A stretch of DNA of 63,599 nt, filler included, from Hyphochytrium catenoides (GCA_900088475.1; 9 parts of 9 records of this genome joined end to end with filler, not necessarily neighbours in it); one strand, 5' to 3'. Shown: positions 35,971-49,621, counted from the whole stretch's first letter. Notes: generated from the letters alone by a model not told the origin. Numbers and translations are program-made.

Positions 35971-36750
35971 GAGAGACAGACAGACAGAGAGAGAGAGAGA
36001 GAGAAAAGAGAGCAACTAAGGAAAGAGGGGAGGGGAATATTAGTGAACGACATAGAGACAAGACTGGCAGCTCTAGAGTGACAGGAGAACGTACGATCTC
36101 TTAAATGACGAGTCGAAGGCTGAAATGAAAGGAACCTTCTATTCTTGAGTGCTTGAAGGAGCGAGACGACAGGAAGGGGAAGGGAAGAGAGAGTCTCTAG
36201 TCGGAGAGACGAGAGAGAGAGAGAGAGACGAGAAAGAGAGGGAGAGGTGAGCTAGAAAGAGAACGTCATCACGTTATTTCTCTCTTCTCTCCTGGACCAT
36301 TGACCAGAGGTGGATGGTGCCAAGGGCAGAGGTAGTCAGAGGGCGCCTACAAATGTGGGCAGATTTGTTAAAGAGAAACCTCCAAAGATGAAGAGAGAAG
36401 ACGCGCGACAGAGGAAAGGACAAAAAGTTATATGGAATCGCGCGAAGAGACACGTGAAAGAGGAGAGAACGAGCACAGTGACAGACTAACAGAGTGAAAA
36501 AACGTAGAGTGTTCAGAGATCATGGAAAGTAAGGAATGCTTTGAAAAAAAAGGAAGAGAAGAAGGGCCCCAAAAGCAGAAAGGGTATCTCTCTCTCTCTC
36601 TCTCTCTCTTTCTGGCCTGCTCTTACAAGTTCTTCAGCTCTGCTCTAATGCCCTCTGAGGGAAGAAGCAGGAGCTCTGTGGACTCATTCTGCGCTAGGAA
36701 GCCCCTTTCGTAGCACTGTCGCACCTCCTCTGAGGAGAGTGAGCAGTCTA
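35744..36750 (-). CDS. Probable exons of an unidentified gene
   Basis: Non-repetitive blocks flanked by AG/GT encode EEVRQCYERGFLAQNESTELLLLPSEGIRAELKNL and ICPFTDSVKDLINKELHV...AAR*. No recognisable domain, and phasing between exons is not fully resolved. Confidence 0.3.
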
Positions 36751-36985
36751 CAGAGAAAGCTGCGCAAAAAAATGGAGGAACAATGAGAGAGAGGAAATAA
36801 CAGAAGAGGAAAAAGGGAGAGATAGACACACACACATGAGGAGGGAAAGATGTTGACAAAGAGAGAAGAGTGTCGGAAGGAGCATCTGAGGTAGCACGGA
36901 AGAGACAGGACGGTGGACTATACTGATTGGACTGGTTGAGCCATAGAGAGGAAAGCTTGCAAGAGGGAAAGAGAGAAAGAGAGAA

Positions 36986-37018
<33 letters not shown>

Positions 37019-37397
37019 GANNNNNNNNNNNNNNNNNNNNNNNNNNNNNNNNNNNNNNNNNNNNTTAATTAATTAANNNNNNNNNNNNNNNNNNNNNNNN
37101 NNNNNNNNNNNNNNNNNNNNGCGTTTCAAAGCGAGTGGACCATCATCTCAAAGAGACCCAAAGAAGAAACAAGGATCAGTAGTAGCTTCCAGAGCAAGGC
37201 TGTCAATACAGCCTCTTCAGATTGAAAACTGTCATTAAGCGTGACTACACGGGCAGAGAAAAGGCATAAAAATTAGGCCCTAAAAGAAGAGAGAGAACAC
37301 AGAGTCCGATCGACATTGTTTGAGGGAGACCAAAAGAGAAAGACAGCAAGAGTGAGATAGATAGACAGCGAGGAAAGAAAAGGAGAAGAAGGCGCAC

Positions 37398-38019
37398 CAA
37401 TGGAACGCGTGAGTTCCCCACTCACTACTCCGGTTCTCCACAGTGTTGAAGAAGAGTACGACACCCTCCGGCCACAGTGGCCTCTGCCTGAAAGTGGGCC
37501 TCAGTACATTGTGCCAAAAGTTTAGGAAGAGACACATGAAACTAGGAGAAATATGAGAGACAGTGACAACGAGACGAAAGGGCAACTCCTTGGTAAATAA
37601 ATATAGTCGAACTCCAAGCAAAGCTACGACGGGACTGAACGAGAAAGAGGCCTCCTATGTGGAAAGTAACCAGTAAGGAGAGTGGTAAAGAGAAGCAGAT
37701 CAAGAGGTGTATGGAAAGAGAGGAGAAGAGAGACAGAGAGAGAGAGGCGCAGGGAGAGACACATAGAGAGGGAAGGGAGACAGGGAAAGACAGTGAAACA
37801 ACCTGCCCACCTAGAACTAGAACAGAAGTTAGAACCAAATGATGGACGGAATAATCGAGACTGACCAGAAGTAAGAATCTACCGCCACCGTAAGGGCCAG
37901 ACACGAGAGGCCCATCAGTACGCCAAGAAAGAGCGTACGAAAGAAAGGAATCTGAAGGTAAACGCGCCGTTATTTCTCCCTTCAGAGAAAGAAATCTCAC
38001 TCTCTGATTCCTCACATTT

Positions 38020-38083
<64 letters not shown>

Positions 38084-38743
38084 TCTTTCTGTTCTTGACA
38101 TCATCTCGTCTTCTGACCTCTTTCCGCAGTAGAAGAGATAAATAGATGGGCCCAAAGAGCACGACTGTGTCGCAGCGGAAGATGACTGTCGCCATCACGA
38201 ACATTAGAATCATCCGCAGATAGTGGCCCTGCGTCACTTACTGTCAGGAAGCGGTATAAAAAAGGAGAGACTCCATGGAAGAAGTCAAATTAAAGGAGAG
38301 AGAAGGGCTACGCTAGCCAAGAGAGAGACCAGGCAGGCAGCGGACCCTCGGACACAGTGTTTGATAAGGTAGACGAGGCGGAGGAAGAGAGCGAGAGAAG
38401 TGGACAGACAGGGGGTAAGAGAGCGAGAGAGAGAGACGAACAAGAAGCGACACTCACCTCCAACCAGAAAGCAAAGCCCCACAAGACCCAACCCTGCCAA
38501 CGAGGGAAGAGAGAGAGACACAAAGAGTGAGAACTAATATGAAGCGAGCTAGATCAATGAGCGCCGTAGACAGAGGAAGAGACCCAGAGGGCAACGAGGA
38601 GAGAGGAGTCAGCGGAAAGATAGGCTTGCTCTCTCTTAAATTGCTTCCCTGACCAGAGCGAAGATATTCGGGAGAGGGCGGCCCAGGTAGAACACGAGGT
38701 GGAACTGCATCGCGGTGGTCAGCATGAAGAAGAGGCCGGTGTC
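37398..38743 (-). CDS. ALG12: Dol-P-Man alpha-1,6-mannosyltransferase ALG12 (GT22), internal fragment
   Basis: Exons encode [34 protein letters not shown] and [29 protein letters not shown]. Confidence 0.9.
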
Positions 38744-40199
38744 CTACGCACAGAAGAGAGAACAGTCTAAGCTTGGCCCGGTGAGAAAGGAATGAGAGAC
38801 AAAAGAATAAAGATGAGAAGAAGGGAGGCGCTGATTCGACAAATTGTCCCAAAACGGTTGCAGCAGCAGTAAAGAGAGGAAATAAGGAAGAAGAAAGGCT
38901 GTGCAAGAGGGTCTAAAGTAAAGATAGAGAAGAGGCAGAGACACATACACATGGAGGCAGAGCCAGAGAGAGAAGGGAAGGGGGCAAAACGGGGGGAGGG
39001 AGAGAGAGAGAGANNNNNNNNNNNNNNNNNNNNNNNNNNNNNNNNNNNNNNNNNNNNTTAATTAATTAANNNNNNNNNNNNNNNNNNNNNNNNNNNNNNN
39101 NNNNNNNNNNNNNCCTCACCATCCTGATTCCCAACTTCGTGCCCCATTCTGACCTTATATGCTCGCAAATGTAGCGCTACGATGCGCTAAGCCAACAACA
39201 GTACGTCCACGTCAATCGCTGTTGCTCAATTCATTCCTTTGGAAGGTTGCGATGGAGCCCCTGATGGCACGTCACTGTCTGCAGCCCGGCTATAATCGAA
39301 CGTCGCGGAGGGAGTGAAAGGGTCGCAACCGAGCAGGCGACTTTGGTTCCTCTATGAGAAGAACTTCCTCCTTCACTGCCGCGGTGGTACGCTGCACCAA
39401 ATGTATGCTGTCTCTTGGGTCTGAGCTATGATAATATCTCAATATCTGAGCAGAAGAGATCTCTTGGCCTCGAACAGCCAGCCGCCGCCACGGTCTTCTG
39501 CTCTATTTGAAGTTCTCTCATCTCATCAGTGTTCCTGCTGCTGTCCTGTGACCTGTGACACTGATGCGGGCATTGCTTGCGCACATGCTCAGCCCTAGCG
39601 CCACTTTTCTCTGTAGAACATGACCAAAAGTGCAGGCTAAGAAAAACACAAGCAATGAGAATAATCATTCTTGACATCTAGTCATTCTTAATTTGCATTC
39701 GTCCATTATTATTTGTGAAGTTTGCAAGGAGTTTGTAACCTTTGCTGGGATAACGAGCTGATAACTGGTGTGGGAAATCACTGTCATTCACAAATGTAAT
39801 TTGCAAAGAGCGAAGGTAATCAGACAATCAGACAGGGGCTTACTTGCACTGCATCAATACTACAACGTACTTACTACTGCCCCCTCCTCCTGTAGGAAAC
39901 ACCACACATGCAGTTATCTAAAACTTCATTCAATCTGATAACTAAGTATTCCAAGCTTGTAATGGTAGAATTGTCCCAAAAGTCAATTTTTGAATCGTAC
40001 ATTCATCATGTTAAAGGGGGCAAAATCTCCAATGAAACATTTCCTATGAAGGCTTTGGAAAGTTTACCCAGCGGGCTATACCGTACAGTAACTCACTTTT
40101 TTTCTAAAATGCATGCAAAGAATTTGTTGTAACTTTCATTTGGTCGTCGAAGGGACATCACCTACCTGTAGTAGAAAGCCAGGAGGGAGGAGAAGAGCA

Positions 40200-40293
<94 letters not shown>

Positions 40294-40690
40294 GAGAGAG
40301 AGAGAGAGAAGGGAGAGAGAGAAAGAGTGAGAGAGAAAAAAGGGACCAAGAGAGACATAGAAAGACGCACAGAGGGAGTAAAGTCTGTTACTGTACCATC
40401 TCAATCCCAGCTCTCCCACTGCATCTCAATCTCTCCTGCTGTCGTTGTCTCTTGCCCCGCTTCTCCTTTTACCGCTTCTTCCTATCGATCCTTCATCGAA
40501 CCTTTCCTTATCCTCTAGCTGCTCCTTCTCTCTCTTAACTTCTTTTCTCTTGTTTGACCTCGCGTCTCGTTCGCTCCTCCTCCCGAAGCGAGGACCGAGG
40601 ACCCTAATCCTCTTTTGTCGGACACTTTGATCGTCTGGCACTCCCATCGTCAAGCTTCAAAAGAGAGAGAGACCAAACGGGCCAGGAACA

Positions 40691-42896
40691 ATGTTTCTCT
40701 TTTCCAAAAGCATCGTCCTTCTCGCCTTTGCCCTCTTGACCCTCTCACGTATCGAGGCAAAGATCTCCGGCCGTGTGCGACAACGTCTCCCGTCTTTTAT
40801 TATCCAGCCCGTCCCCACGCCTCCTGCCTCTTCCTCTCCTCCTCCTGCTCCGGTGCCCACCACCGCTTCTCCTCCGTCCATCGATCCCAATGACCCGACG
40901 TCTTGTGAGAAAGTAAAGGGAACAATTAGAGTGAGAAAGAGCTGGGGAGACGCGGACTTCACTCGTGCTGACAAAGAACTCTACCTCGACGCCTTCTCCA
41001 GGCTAAACGAGCTTGGCGTCCACTCCATCTTCGTCCTTCTACACTATACGTTTAATCCTGGAAGCGCTGCCAGTCATGGAAAGCCGCCCTTCTTCACTTG
41101 GCATCGCGTGTATCTTATTGCTCTAGAGAATGCATTGCGTCTCTCGGACCCTAGGTTTGCTTGCGTAACTCTTCCTTATTGGAACAGCGGGCTGGAGCGA
41201 TCGGCATGCGGAAGTCAGTGTACGCTGGGCAGGACGCACCCGATCTTGGTGGACACGGCACGGCAGGGACAGCGGCAGGGACCCGTTACGCTCTGTCAGT
41301 ATGGTGGCAACTGCGGTATCCAGGGCGTGTGCGCCAGGGATGAGGTGAGATGGAGACGGTGACAAAGACTCATCCCAGCCTGAAGGGAGAAACCTTTCTT
41401 ATCTCCTGCTCTCTCTTGTCTATTGCGTCATGCTGTCTCTCTCTCGCTTTTGCTTATGGTTCCCTGTTTCTCTCCAGGGTTCTCCCTCCCAATCATGTCC
41501 TTTTGTTGCTCATAGTCAACATCTTGCCATGCCTCAATAGGCTCTCTTGTTCCTCTCTCTTTTCGAACATGCGTCTCTTTCCATGACCAGCTGACTCTTT
41601 ACCCTCACAAGAGACAACCCTGTCCGCCCTCGCTTCCTGTTTGATTGAACATTCTCTCTTCGCCTGTTCTCTCTGTTCCCCATCTCTTAGAGAGCCTTCA
41701 TGGCTGGAAACACCCAGCATCCCACTTCTTATGGCGACATCTGCGGCGTCCAGGGCTCCAACGGTTGTCTGGTACGTCAAAACCTTCAGTCAGAGTCCCA
41801 GGTTCAGCAGCTCTCTGCCTGGCAGAATGCTCTGAACGACCGGAACTATGAAAGCTTCCGAGCTACGACGGAGACAGCGCTTCACGCTCCTGTACACGTC
41901 CAAGTCGGTGGGCACATGCTAACTATGTGCTCTCCGGCTGATCCTGTCTTCTTCAGCCATCACGCCTTTGTCGATAAGATGTTCTTCGTATGGCAGTTCT
42001 TGCATGGACAACTTGACAATCCTGCAGCCTATTCTGACAGACAGGGCGGCACCACCATTGACTCGGAGCTACTGTTCCTTCTTCCTACACAGAGAGGAAG
42101 CCAGCCTAACCTCCAGCCCGCATTGCTAATCAACGGCGGTCCCTCTTACGATCTCTTCCGCAGAGCTTGGCCAAAGGATACAGATGGAAAGCCGATGTCA
42201 ACGGCACGCCAGATCTGGAACCCGCTAAAGCTCGGTCCGTACTCTTACACGTACTCTGTCGATGAGCTGGACAAGCTCAGGGCTTCTCAGACGGCAACAG
42301 CGCCTTCAATGGTCTTAGAGGCATCCGCAGGAAGTTCTGGTTTGTCTGACAATGACGTGATCCTTCGGATAATTGCCACTTACACGGCGATAAAGATAGC
42401 CATCTGTGACCGCTTGCAGAGTGAAGATTGGCAGTCCTTCCTCAGCAAATATTCCACGCTGAAGGGCATAACTGACCGCACTTGCTCAGGATGGGAGATG
42501 GAGAAGCTGATCTGGTCAGAGATGCGGAATGAGGAGTGCTGGGCGCAGTATCACGCCATTGAGAATGGAAAGCTGGTCGAGAAGACCTGCAGTCTCAACT
42601 TAGACATCTTCAGAGAGCACTTCCTCCTCGCAGATGATATCGGTAGGAATCAGACGACCAATGAGTGCTGTGGGGTCATTGAGAAGCTCAGGACCGGGAT
42701 GCTGAGGCTCTTGGATCATACGGGAGAAAGACCGGCGGCTGTGGCCGTCTTGGCGGCTAAATCTGAGAAGGAAGAGATAGATGCCTATCTAAGGGAGAAA
42801 GTGATGAACCTACTGGAAGAGAATGAAAAGAAGCTCGGTCTCCCGACCGATGACTCTGCCACTTCTGTCATCCAAAGAAGAAGAGGAACCAAATAA
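40691..42896 (+). CDS. Secreted tyrosinase (type-3 copper protein), 2 exons
   Basis: Exon 1 40691-41344 and exon 2 41691-42896 in phase 0. Signal peptide, Pro-rich linker, RVRKSW, CuA (H...HGKPPFFTWHRVYLIALENALR, LPYWN) and CuB (HAPVHVQVGGHM...SPADPVFFSHHAFVD). Confidence 0.93.
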
Positions 42897-43363
42897 GAAT
42901 AGGAACCTAAAGAGCTTTAAGCACGTAGCAAACAAACAGGCAGAAGCCTAAGATTGAACTTGTCCTCTCAGTATAGCGCTCCTTCACTTAGTGCCTTTCT
43001 CTCTCTCTATCTCCTCTTCCCTCTCCCCCACCTTCTCTCTATCTCTCTCCCCGTCTCTCGCTGTACCAGGCTCAACCAAAAGGCCCATCTCCAGCACCAC
43101 TCATCTCTCTGCGTCCTTCTCTCTAAAACTTCTCTCGCTCTTCACATCTCTGCTCGTTATGAATGACAGTACGAGGTCCTAAGAGTAAGAGTTCACAGAT
43201 CAAATGCCTTTTTCGCACTTATAATATTAGCTAGTATGAAAAGGCTCTTACGATTACACAGAGCAGAGAAGTGTCAGATGAGCCCAAGAAAGCGAGAAAA
43301 AGAGACACAGACAGGAGTAAGAGAGAGAATACTCTTTGCCTCTTACTCTGCCACCGGCCTTGG

Positions 43364-45864
43364 CTATAATGTCATGCTATCATCATTGGCACTAAGGAAG
43401 GAGGAAGACATGCTAAGGCTCATGTTGTTATCAGATCCTCGACTCTCTTCTATGCCGCTATCACTTCCGAGAGAGAGAGTCCTATTCAGCTTCTCCTCTG
43501 TTGACATCTGAGTGTCTCCTCCAAAAGGGCTTTCTCCCATTATATTAGTGAGATCTTTCAATCCGAACTCCGTGTAGCGAGCAGAAAGAGCTCGAGAGAG
43601 CATCTCCGAAGCAAAAGTGTCTTCAGGCTTTATTGCCAGAGCCTGCGTAGGAGAATACAAAGGAGTGAGAAGCAGCATGACCAAGGAGAAAGAGAGAGAG
43701 AAGGAGAAAAGAGAGATTGAAAGAAGAGACGTGAACGTAAGGCGTTATATAGGCTTATCGCGAGAGCAGAGGTAAGAGGAAGAAAGCCATGCTACGAGGT
43801 CGAGAAGTAAAGAGTGGGAAGGTTCAAAACTCACGTTGTGATAGCTTTCTATGGCAAGATCTACTTTGCCTTGCAGCTGGAGAGTGAAGCCGATTGCTGC
43901 GTGCGTGGATCCCTTAAACGGGAAGTTAGCCTACTCGACCTAGACCGAGATGTTTCGGAAGAAGGTATAACGAGCAGGACAGGCGAGAGAGACAGAAGAG
44001 AGAGAGACAGAGAGAAAGAGGATAGGAAGAGAGGAGGATGAAAGAGGGAGAAAGAAGAGAGAGAGAGACAGAGGGTGACGACTATAATACCTTGCTGGGG
44101 CAGTAAAGCAATGCCAGCTCATAGTAACGAAGAGCTTCGTCTAGTTTCCTGAGGTGACAGGTCCGGAAGTCAGGAAGGAGACATACATCAGCATCAAAGA
44201 GAAGTGGAGGAGAGAGGGGCGAAATGGAGACAAAGGAAGAGAGAAAAAAGAGGCGAATATGGGAGACGAGGCAACTCTATCCAGCCAAAGAACGGTGCCG
44301 TAGGTGAGGGAACCCAGAGAACGTCAACATGTAGACTGAGGAGTGGGAAAGACAAGACAGAGAGAGAGAGAGAGAAGGTGAGAGGCGTAGAAAGGGAGAG
44401 ACATTGAGACCTAATCTTTCTATATGCATGGCCGAGGTTTACCGCGGTTGGCTCCCAGACCTCCTTCGACGACTGCATGGGTGAATCGAAAGAGGAAGAG
44501 AAGATAAGTCAGACAGAAGGAAAAGATTTGCAGAAGGCAAAAGGGAAGCTAGAAACAGCGGCATGATGTCAATCATCAACAGAGAAAACACCCGCGGAAA
44601 CGACGAGGAATTGAGGGAACATGGCCACCACCTGAGATGTGCCCTCTCTTAAGCTCATCGCCTTCTCTAGAGTTGCAATTGCTGCATCGTAGCTGGAAAA
44701 TAATTAAGAGTTAACTTCAGGATTGATAGAAAGACAGAAAGAAACGTCGTACAGAAGACGAACGAGGAGAGACCGGAGGGAGAAAGAGCATTTCAAGACA
44801 CTTGACCACAAGCTAACCACTCGATCAGAGCTAGGGAGCAGAGAAAGAGACAGATAGAGGAGGGCACGTTAGCGGGATATTGGCAAGAGTGAAGAGAAAA
44901 AAAAAGTGTGAGCCAAGAAAGTTATGCAGGGAGAGAGAGAGAAAGCACGAGAGATAGAAAGTACGGCAGCGTAAAGCCTCGATCAATCAACTTACTTTCC
45001 CTGTTTATAATGCAGGACGCCTAACTCATTGTACACCAGCGGGTCGCTGCTGCAGACCTTCGCTGCCTGAGAGAGAAATCTCTCCGCCAAGCTGAGATTG
45101 TTGGTTCGCAAATATTCCATTCCGATAGATAACGAAGGGATGTGGGAGCCAGGAAAGAGACGATTGGCTGTGCGATAAGCAGCCATGGCCTGATCACTTT
45201 CGTCCTGGAACCAGAAGAAGATAGAAGCGAGTACAGCAGCATCCCCGACGTCAGAAACTGGCAGAAGAGAGGAAGAATTGTCCTGAACATATCAGCATGA
45301 CGACATGCGACTGAGGAGATGAAGGAAGAATAGATGACAGAGGAAGCGATCAGAGGATATATATGAGAGGAGAGGATTCGAGAGGAGATTTGGAGGGGAA
45401 AGGAAGAGAGAGAGAGAGCGCGAACAGACACAAGGAAGGGTTACCGCTTTCTTGCATAGCAGCGTGTAACCCAATAAGGCTGGCAGTGACATCTCACGTC
45501 CTTTCAAAGGCAGACAGAAACAATAATATAACGCTTCTCACCTGTGCTGCGAAGGCGTTTCCAAAGCCGATCCACGCGGGAGCGAGAGTAGAGTCAGCAG
45601 TCGTCGCTTTGCTGCGGAAGGCATAGAGAAGGGACTTTTAGGGACTGAAGAGAGCTGCAGGACGTACAGATAACGGAGGAGGTGATAGCTAGAAAAGAGC
45701 AGGAGGGAGGACGAGCTTAGAGAGACACATAAACACGGAAGACACTGCGGAAAACAAAGGGATGCAGAGAGATGAGCACCAAGTCAAGAGAGAGGATAGA
45801 GACAGGCCGACAAAGGAGAGAGAAAAAATTGAAGAATGCCAGTAACGGGGAGAGAGAGAGAGAG

Positions 45865-45904
<40 letters not shown>

Positions 45905-47822
45905 TTCGCGAAAGAGTGAGACAGAGCACACTCAACAACAAGCTGAACTAACCTAAAGTATCGTTGTGCGACATCAAACTTCTTAATGCAGTAGTAATAG
46001 CAGCCAACCGCAAACCAGCTGAGGGCATCTTCCGGGTAAGCCTCAATCTAAGGGAGGGGATTAGGAAAGAGGCGTGGTTACCAGGACAAGACGTACTTCT
46101 CTCTTTCCATTTCTTCTCTTTTCTTCGATCCTGACACAATTTTAGCTATGTGCTCTCTATTGCCTCCATCCCCGCATCTTTGCTAACATTCTTGGCGCAT
46201 AGAGGTTGTTCACTGTCTTCCTTTCTATACATAGTGTCCTTTCTTCCAAAAAGCAACCCGGTGCAGGGCAACACTTACCAGTTTATGAGCAACGTAGAAG
46301 AGTTCTTGCTTCTTTCCCAAGTCCACCAAGGCAGCAATGTGTACAGGTATAATACGCTGATGATAGGGATCGTCCTCTCGCACCCTATCAGGTCTCGATG
46401 TTAGTCTCTCCCTCCTCTTTCTTATTTTTTTCTCTCTCTCTCTCTCTCCCGTGTCTCTTTCTCTCTCTCCCATTAGAGCTTGCCCCTGATAGATGCTCTT
46501 GATCACCACCCTCAGCTGTCTACTCCGCGATTCCAGTCAATAGCCATGAGTCTCTCTTTCGGCAGCACATTCTCTCTCTTGATGATAACAGGTTATCCAT
46601 TTCTATCGAGTTTGTTATGCTTCCAAGACTTTCTCTCTCTTCTCCTTGTCCCCCGACTGTTCTCTGAGTTACCTCTTTGAGATCTCATAGGCTTGATGCA
46701 CATCGTGGCGATAATAGAGGTATTCTGCTCTGGATGCCAACTGCATGGAGAGTGGGCAGGTTAAAGATTAAAGAGGGACGGGATGATCGTTATAGGGTCA
46801 AAAGAAGCGATAGAGAGACTGGAAAGGAGATGGAAAGAGTGTATGATATGGAGACATAGAACTTTGAATGGAAGAAAGAGAGAGAGAAAAAGAGAGAGAG
46901 AAAGGAGCCTGGGCAAAGAGAGAGAAAGACAAAAGAGAGTGAACAGCGAGAAAGATAGAGGGAGTGCGAAGCTAATGGAGAGACGAGAATGGGAAGCGGA
47001 AGGAACAGCAAGCAGGCGCGAGGGACGGTCTCCGACCACATCGTTGCTTGCTCCCAGGCCGTGGTGGTCGTTCAATCGGGCAAACCGCTCAGCGCCGACG
47101 CCATCCGCAACAAACTAGAAGACCGGCCGGAGCGCATATTTAGTGTTCATATGGAAGAATAATGACGGAAAGTGAGAGGACAGAGAAACTCTATGGAGGC
47201 GAAAGCAGAGCAAGGAGGATGTTAGAGAGAGAGAAAGAGGCAGAACAAGCGAAGAGCGAGCAAAGAGAGACAAAGAGAGAGAGAGAGAGAAAGAGATTGA
47301 TAGGTTACCTTAAATGTATGGCTATAGTACAGATCCCGCAGCCAGTCATCCTCGCTACGGAAATCTAAATTCTCCAAGACCTTCAGCTGTGCCTCCTCAG
47401 AGATAAGATGATGGTCCACTAAACGGAAAAATGCCTGGGATGCGGAGAGTCAGCCCCTGCCTCTCTCTCTCCGCTCTATATATATAGCTTGTTGACCTCT
47501 TTACTCTTTCTTTATTCTTTCCTACTACTGGCGATGATACTTTGGCGATAGCATTAGCTTGTCTCTTCCCCTCTTCCGTATAAAGCTCCTGCTTTGGCCT
47601 CTCTGTCTCATTCCATGTTGCTCTATCTTCTCTAATTAGACTGTTTGTCTACTGTTCTCGTCCACGGTGTTTGGCTCATCACATCTCCTCAGACTGCGCT
47701 CCTCTCACCTCGGAGCAATAAATATCACAGGAGAGAGAGCGCCTATACCAAGAAGCAGCGGCCTCGCGCTTGTCTGTCATCTCGTAACAGGTTCCAAGTA
47801 AGAGACACATCAGGGCCACAAG
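43364..47822 (-). CDS. CDC16: Anaphase-promoting complex subunit 6 (TPR), many exons, 5' truncated
   Basis: Exons encode ELFYVAHKL, YPEDALSWFAVGCYYY, APAWIGFGNAFAAQ, DQAMAAYRTANRLFPGSHIPSLSIGMEY, DPLVYNELGV, WEPTAVNLGHAYRK and ALAIKPEDTFASEML. Confidence 0.95.
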
Positions 47823-48406
47823 CTGCGAAGCGAAGAGGAAGCATTCACCATGTCAGGCACATGTATATGAAGTAGGAACCAAGGCACAAACAAGAACTGA
47901 AAGGAGGGAGAGAAAGAGCGACAGAGGAAAACAGAGCGAGTGGCGGAGAGAAAGCAAAAGGAGAGAAAGAGATATCGAGAATGGGCCAAAGAGNNNNNNN
48001 NNNNNNNNNNNNNNNNNNNNNNNNNNNNNNNNNNNNNTTAATTAATTAANNNNNNNNNNNNNNNNNNNNNNNNNNNNNNNNNNNNNNNNNNNNCCACATT
48101 CATCACCTTCTTTTGTCTAGGAATACCTCTTCTCTTCTCCCTCTCAGACATCCTCTCTCACTCCCTGACGGTCCCGTCAGTAGCATTATTCCACTCATTT
48201 CTGGAGCTTCCACCGCTTCTCAACAGCGCTCCGCAAGTTCTGTGTTGTCGTGGAGGTTCAGAGATTCTTCTCCTTTCTCTCTGTTCCTGATACAGATCCG
48301 GGCTCTACGCTTTTCTTTGATAACTCATCGCCACCTGTTCTTGAGAAGAAGTACAGAGAGGCTGTCTCTCGCCCTCTAGTCCCGTCCGTCCCTCTCTTGC
48401 CTAACT

Positions 48407-49621
48407 ATGTGTGAAGGCAAGGCCATTCAGCGTGCGGTGGACAACACGGCGGAGAAGGCACGGGGAAGAAAAGAAGAGGAGCATGCACGCCTTGTCTCCG
48501 CAGGCTACAGAGAGATCAAGGGCGCCCCCAAGCCTCTCCCTCTTTCTCCTCCTCCATTCACGCTCAAGGACATCCGTGAAGCTATTCCAAAGCATTGCTT
48601 CCAGCGCTCCCTCCTGACCTCCTTCAAGCATCTTCTGCAGGACTTCGCCATCGTCTCTTCTCTCTTCTACGCCGCGACCTTTATCGAGTCTCTCCCTCTT
48701 CCTCCCATCGCCCGCTTCTTCCTTTGGCCTGTCTACTGGGTCGTACAGGGGATTTTCATGACTGGGATCTGGGTATTAGCCCACGAGTGCGGACACCAGG
48801 CCTTCTCTGACTATAAGATCGTCAATGACGCGGTAGGGCTGGTCTGCCACTCTCTTCTGCTCGTCCCTTATCACAACTGGAGGATCTCTCACCGCCGGCA
48901 CCACTCCAACACCGGCAGCTGCGAGAACGATGAGGTCTTTGTCCCTCCTTCTCGCTCCTCATTGAGAGACGAGATGCTGCAGGAGAGCCCTATCATCAAC
49001 GCGTTGCAGATTGTCTTCATGCTGACGGTGGGCTGGATGCCAGGATATCTTGTCTTCAACGCCACAGGGCCAACCAAATATAAGGGAAAGAACGCCAATC
49101 ACTTCTCTCCTGATTGCGTGATGTTCTCTCCTAAAGAGAGAATGGACATCGTTGTCAGCAACGTCGGGTTCTTCCTCTTTCTCTCTTTCTTAACCTGGTT
49201 CGCTGCCACATACTCCTTCTCCACGCTGTTCTTCTACTATCTTGCCCCTTACATGGTCGTCAACAACAACCTCGTCCTGATCACCTTCCTCCAGCACACA
49301 GACACCTACATCCCACACTTTAGAGGAGAAGAGTGGAACTGGCTGAGAGGCGCACTCTGCACCGTAGACAGGAAGTTTGGCCTTTTCTTTGACTGGGCGT
49401 GCCATCGCATCACGGACACGCACGTCTGCCATCACATCTTCTCCACAATGCCTTTCTACCACGCAGAGGAGGCTACCAAGCACATGAAGAAGGTGCTGGG
49501 CGAGTATTACCTCTATGACAGCACGCCTGTGCACAAGGCTCTGTGGAGAGCGTACACGAACTGCAAGTTCGTGGAGGACAATGACAGCGTTGTCTTCTAT
49601 AAGAAGAACTTGAAGGAGTAA
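48407..49621 (+). CDS. FAD2: Delta-12 (omega-6) fatty acid desaturase, intronless
   Basis: His boxes HECGH, HRRHH, HVCHH; FTLKDIREAIPKHCF; LITFLQHTD; WNWLRGALCTVDR. Omega-3 or bifunctional activity is not excluded. Confidence 0.93.
   Translation: MCEGKAIQRAVDNTAEKARGRKEEEHARLVSAGYREIKGAPKPLPLSPPPFTLKDIREAIPKHCFQRSLLTSFKHLLQDFAIVSSLFYAATFIESLPLPPIARFFLWPVYWVVQGIFMTGIWVLAHECGHQAFSDYKIVNDAVGLVCHSLLLVPYHNWRISHRRHHSNTGSCENDEVFVPPSRSSLRDEMLQESPIINALQIVFMLTVGWMPGYLVFNATGPTKYKGKNANHFSPDCVMFSPKERMDIVVSNVGFFLFLSFLTWFAATYSFSTLFFYYLAPYMVVNNNLVLITFLQHTDTYIPHFRGEEWNWLRGALCTVDRKFGLFFDWACHRITDTHVCHHIFSTMPFYHAEEATKHMKKVLGEYYLYDSTPVHKALWRAYTNCKFVEDNDSVVFYKKNLKE

Noticed and set aside
4333-42896. Copper gene cluster (Cu-ATPase plus tyrosinase)
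   Set aside because: The genes are on different contigs joined artificially; proximity is meaningless.
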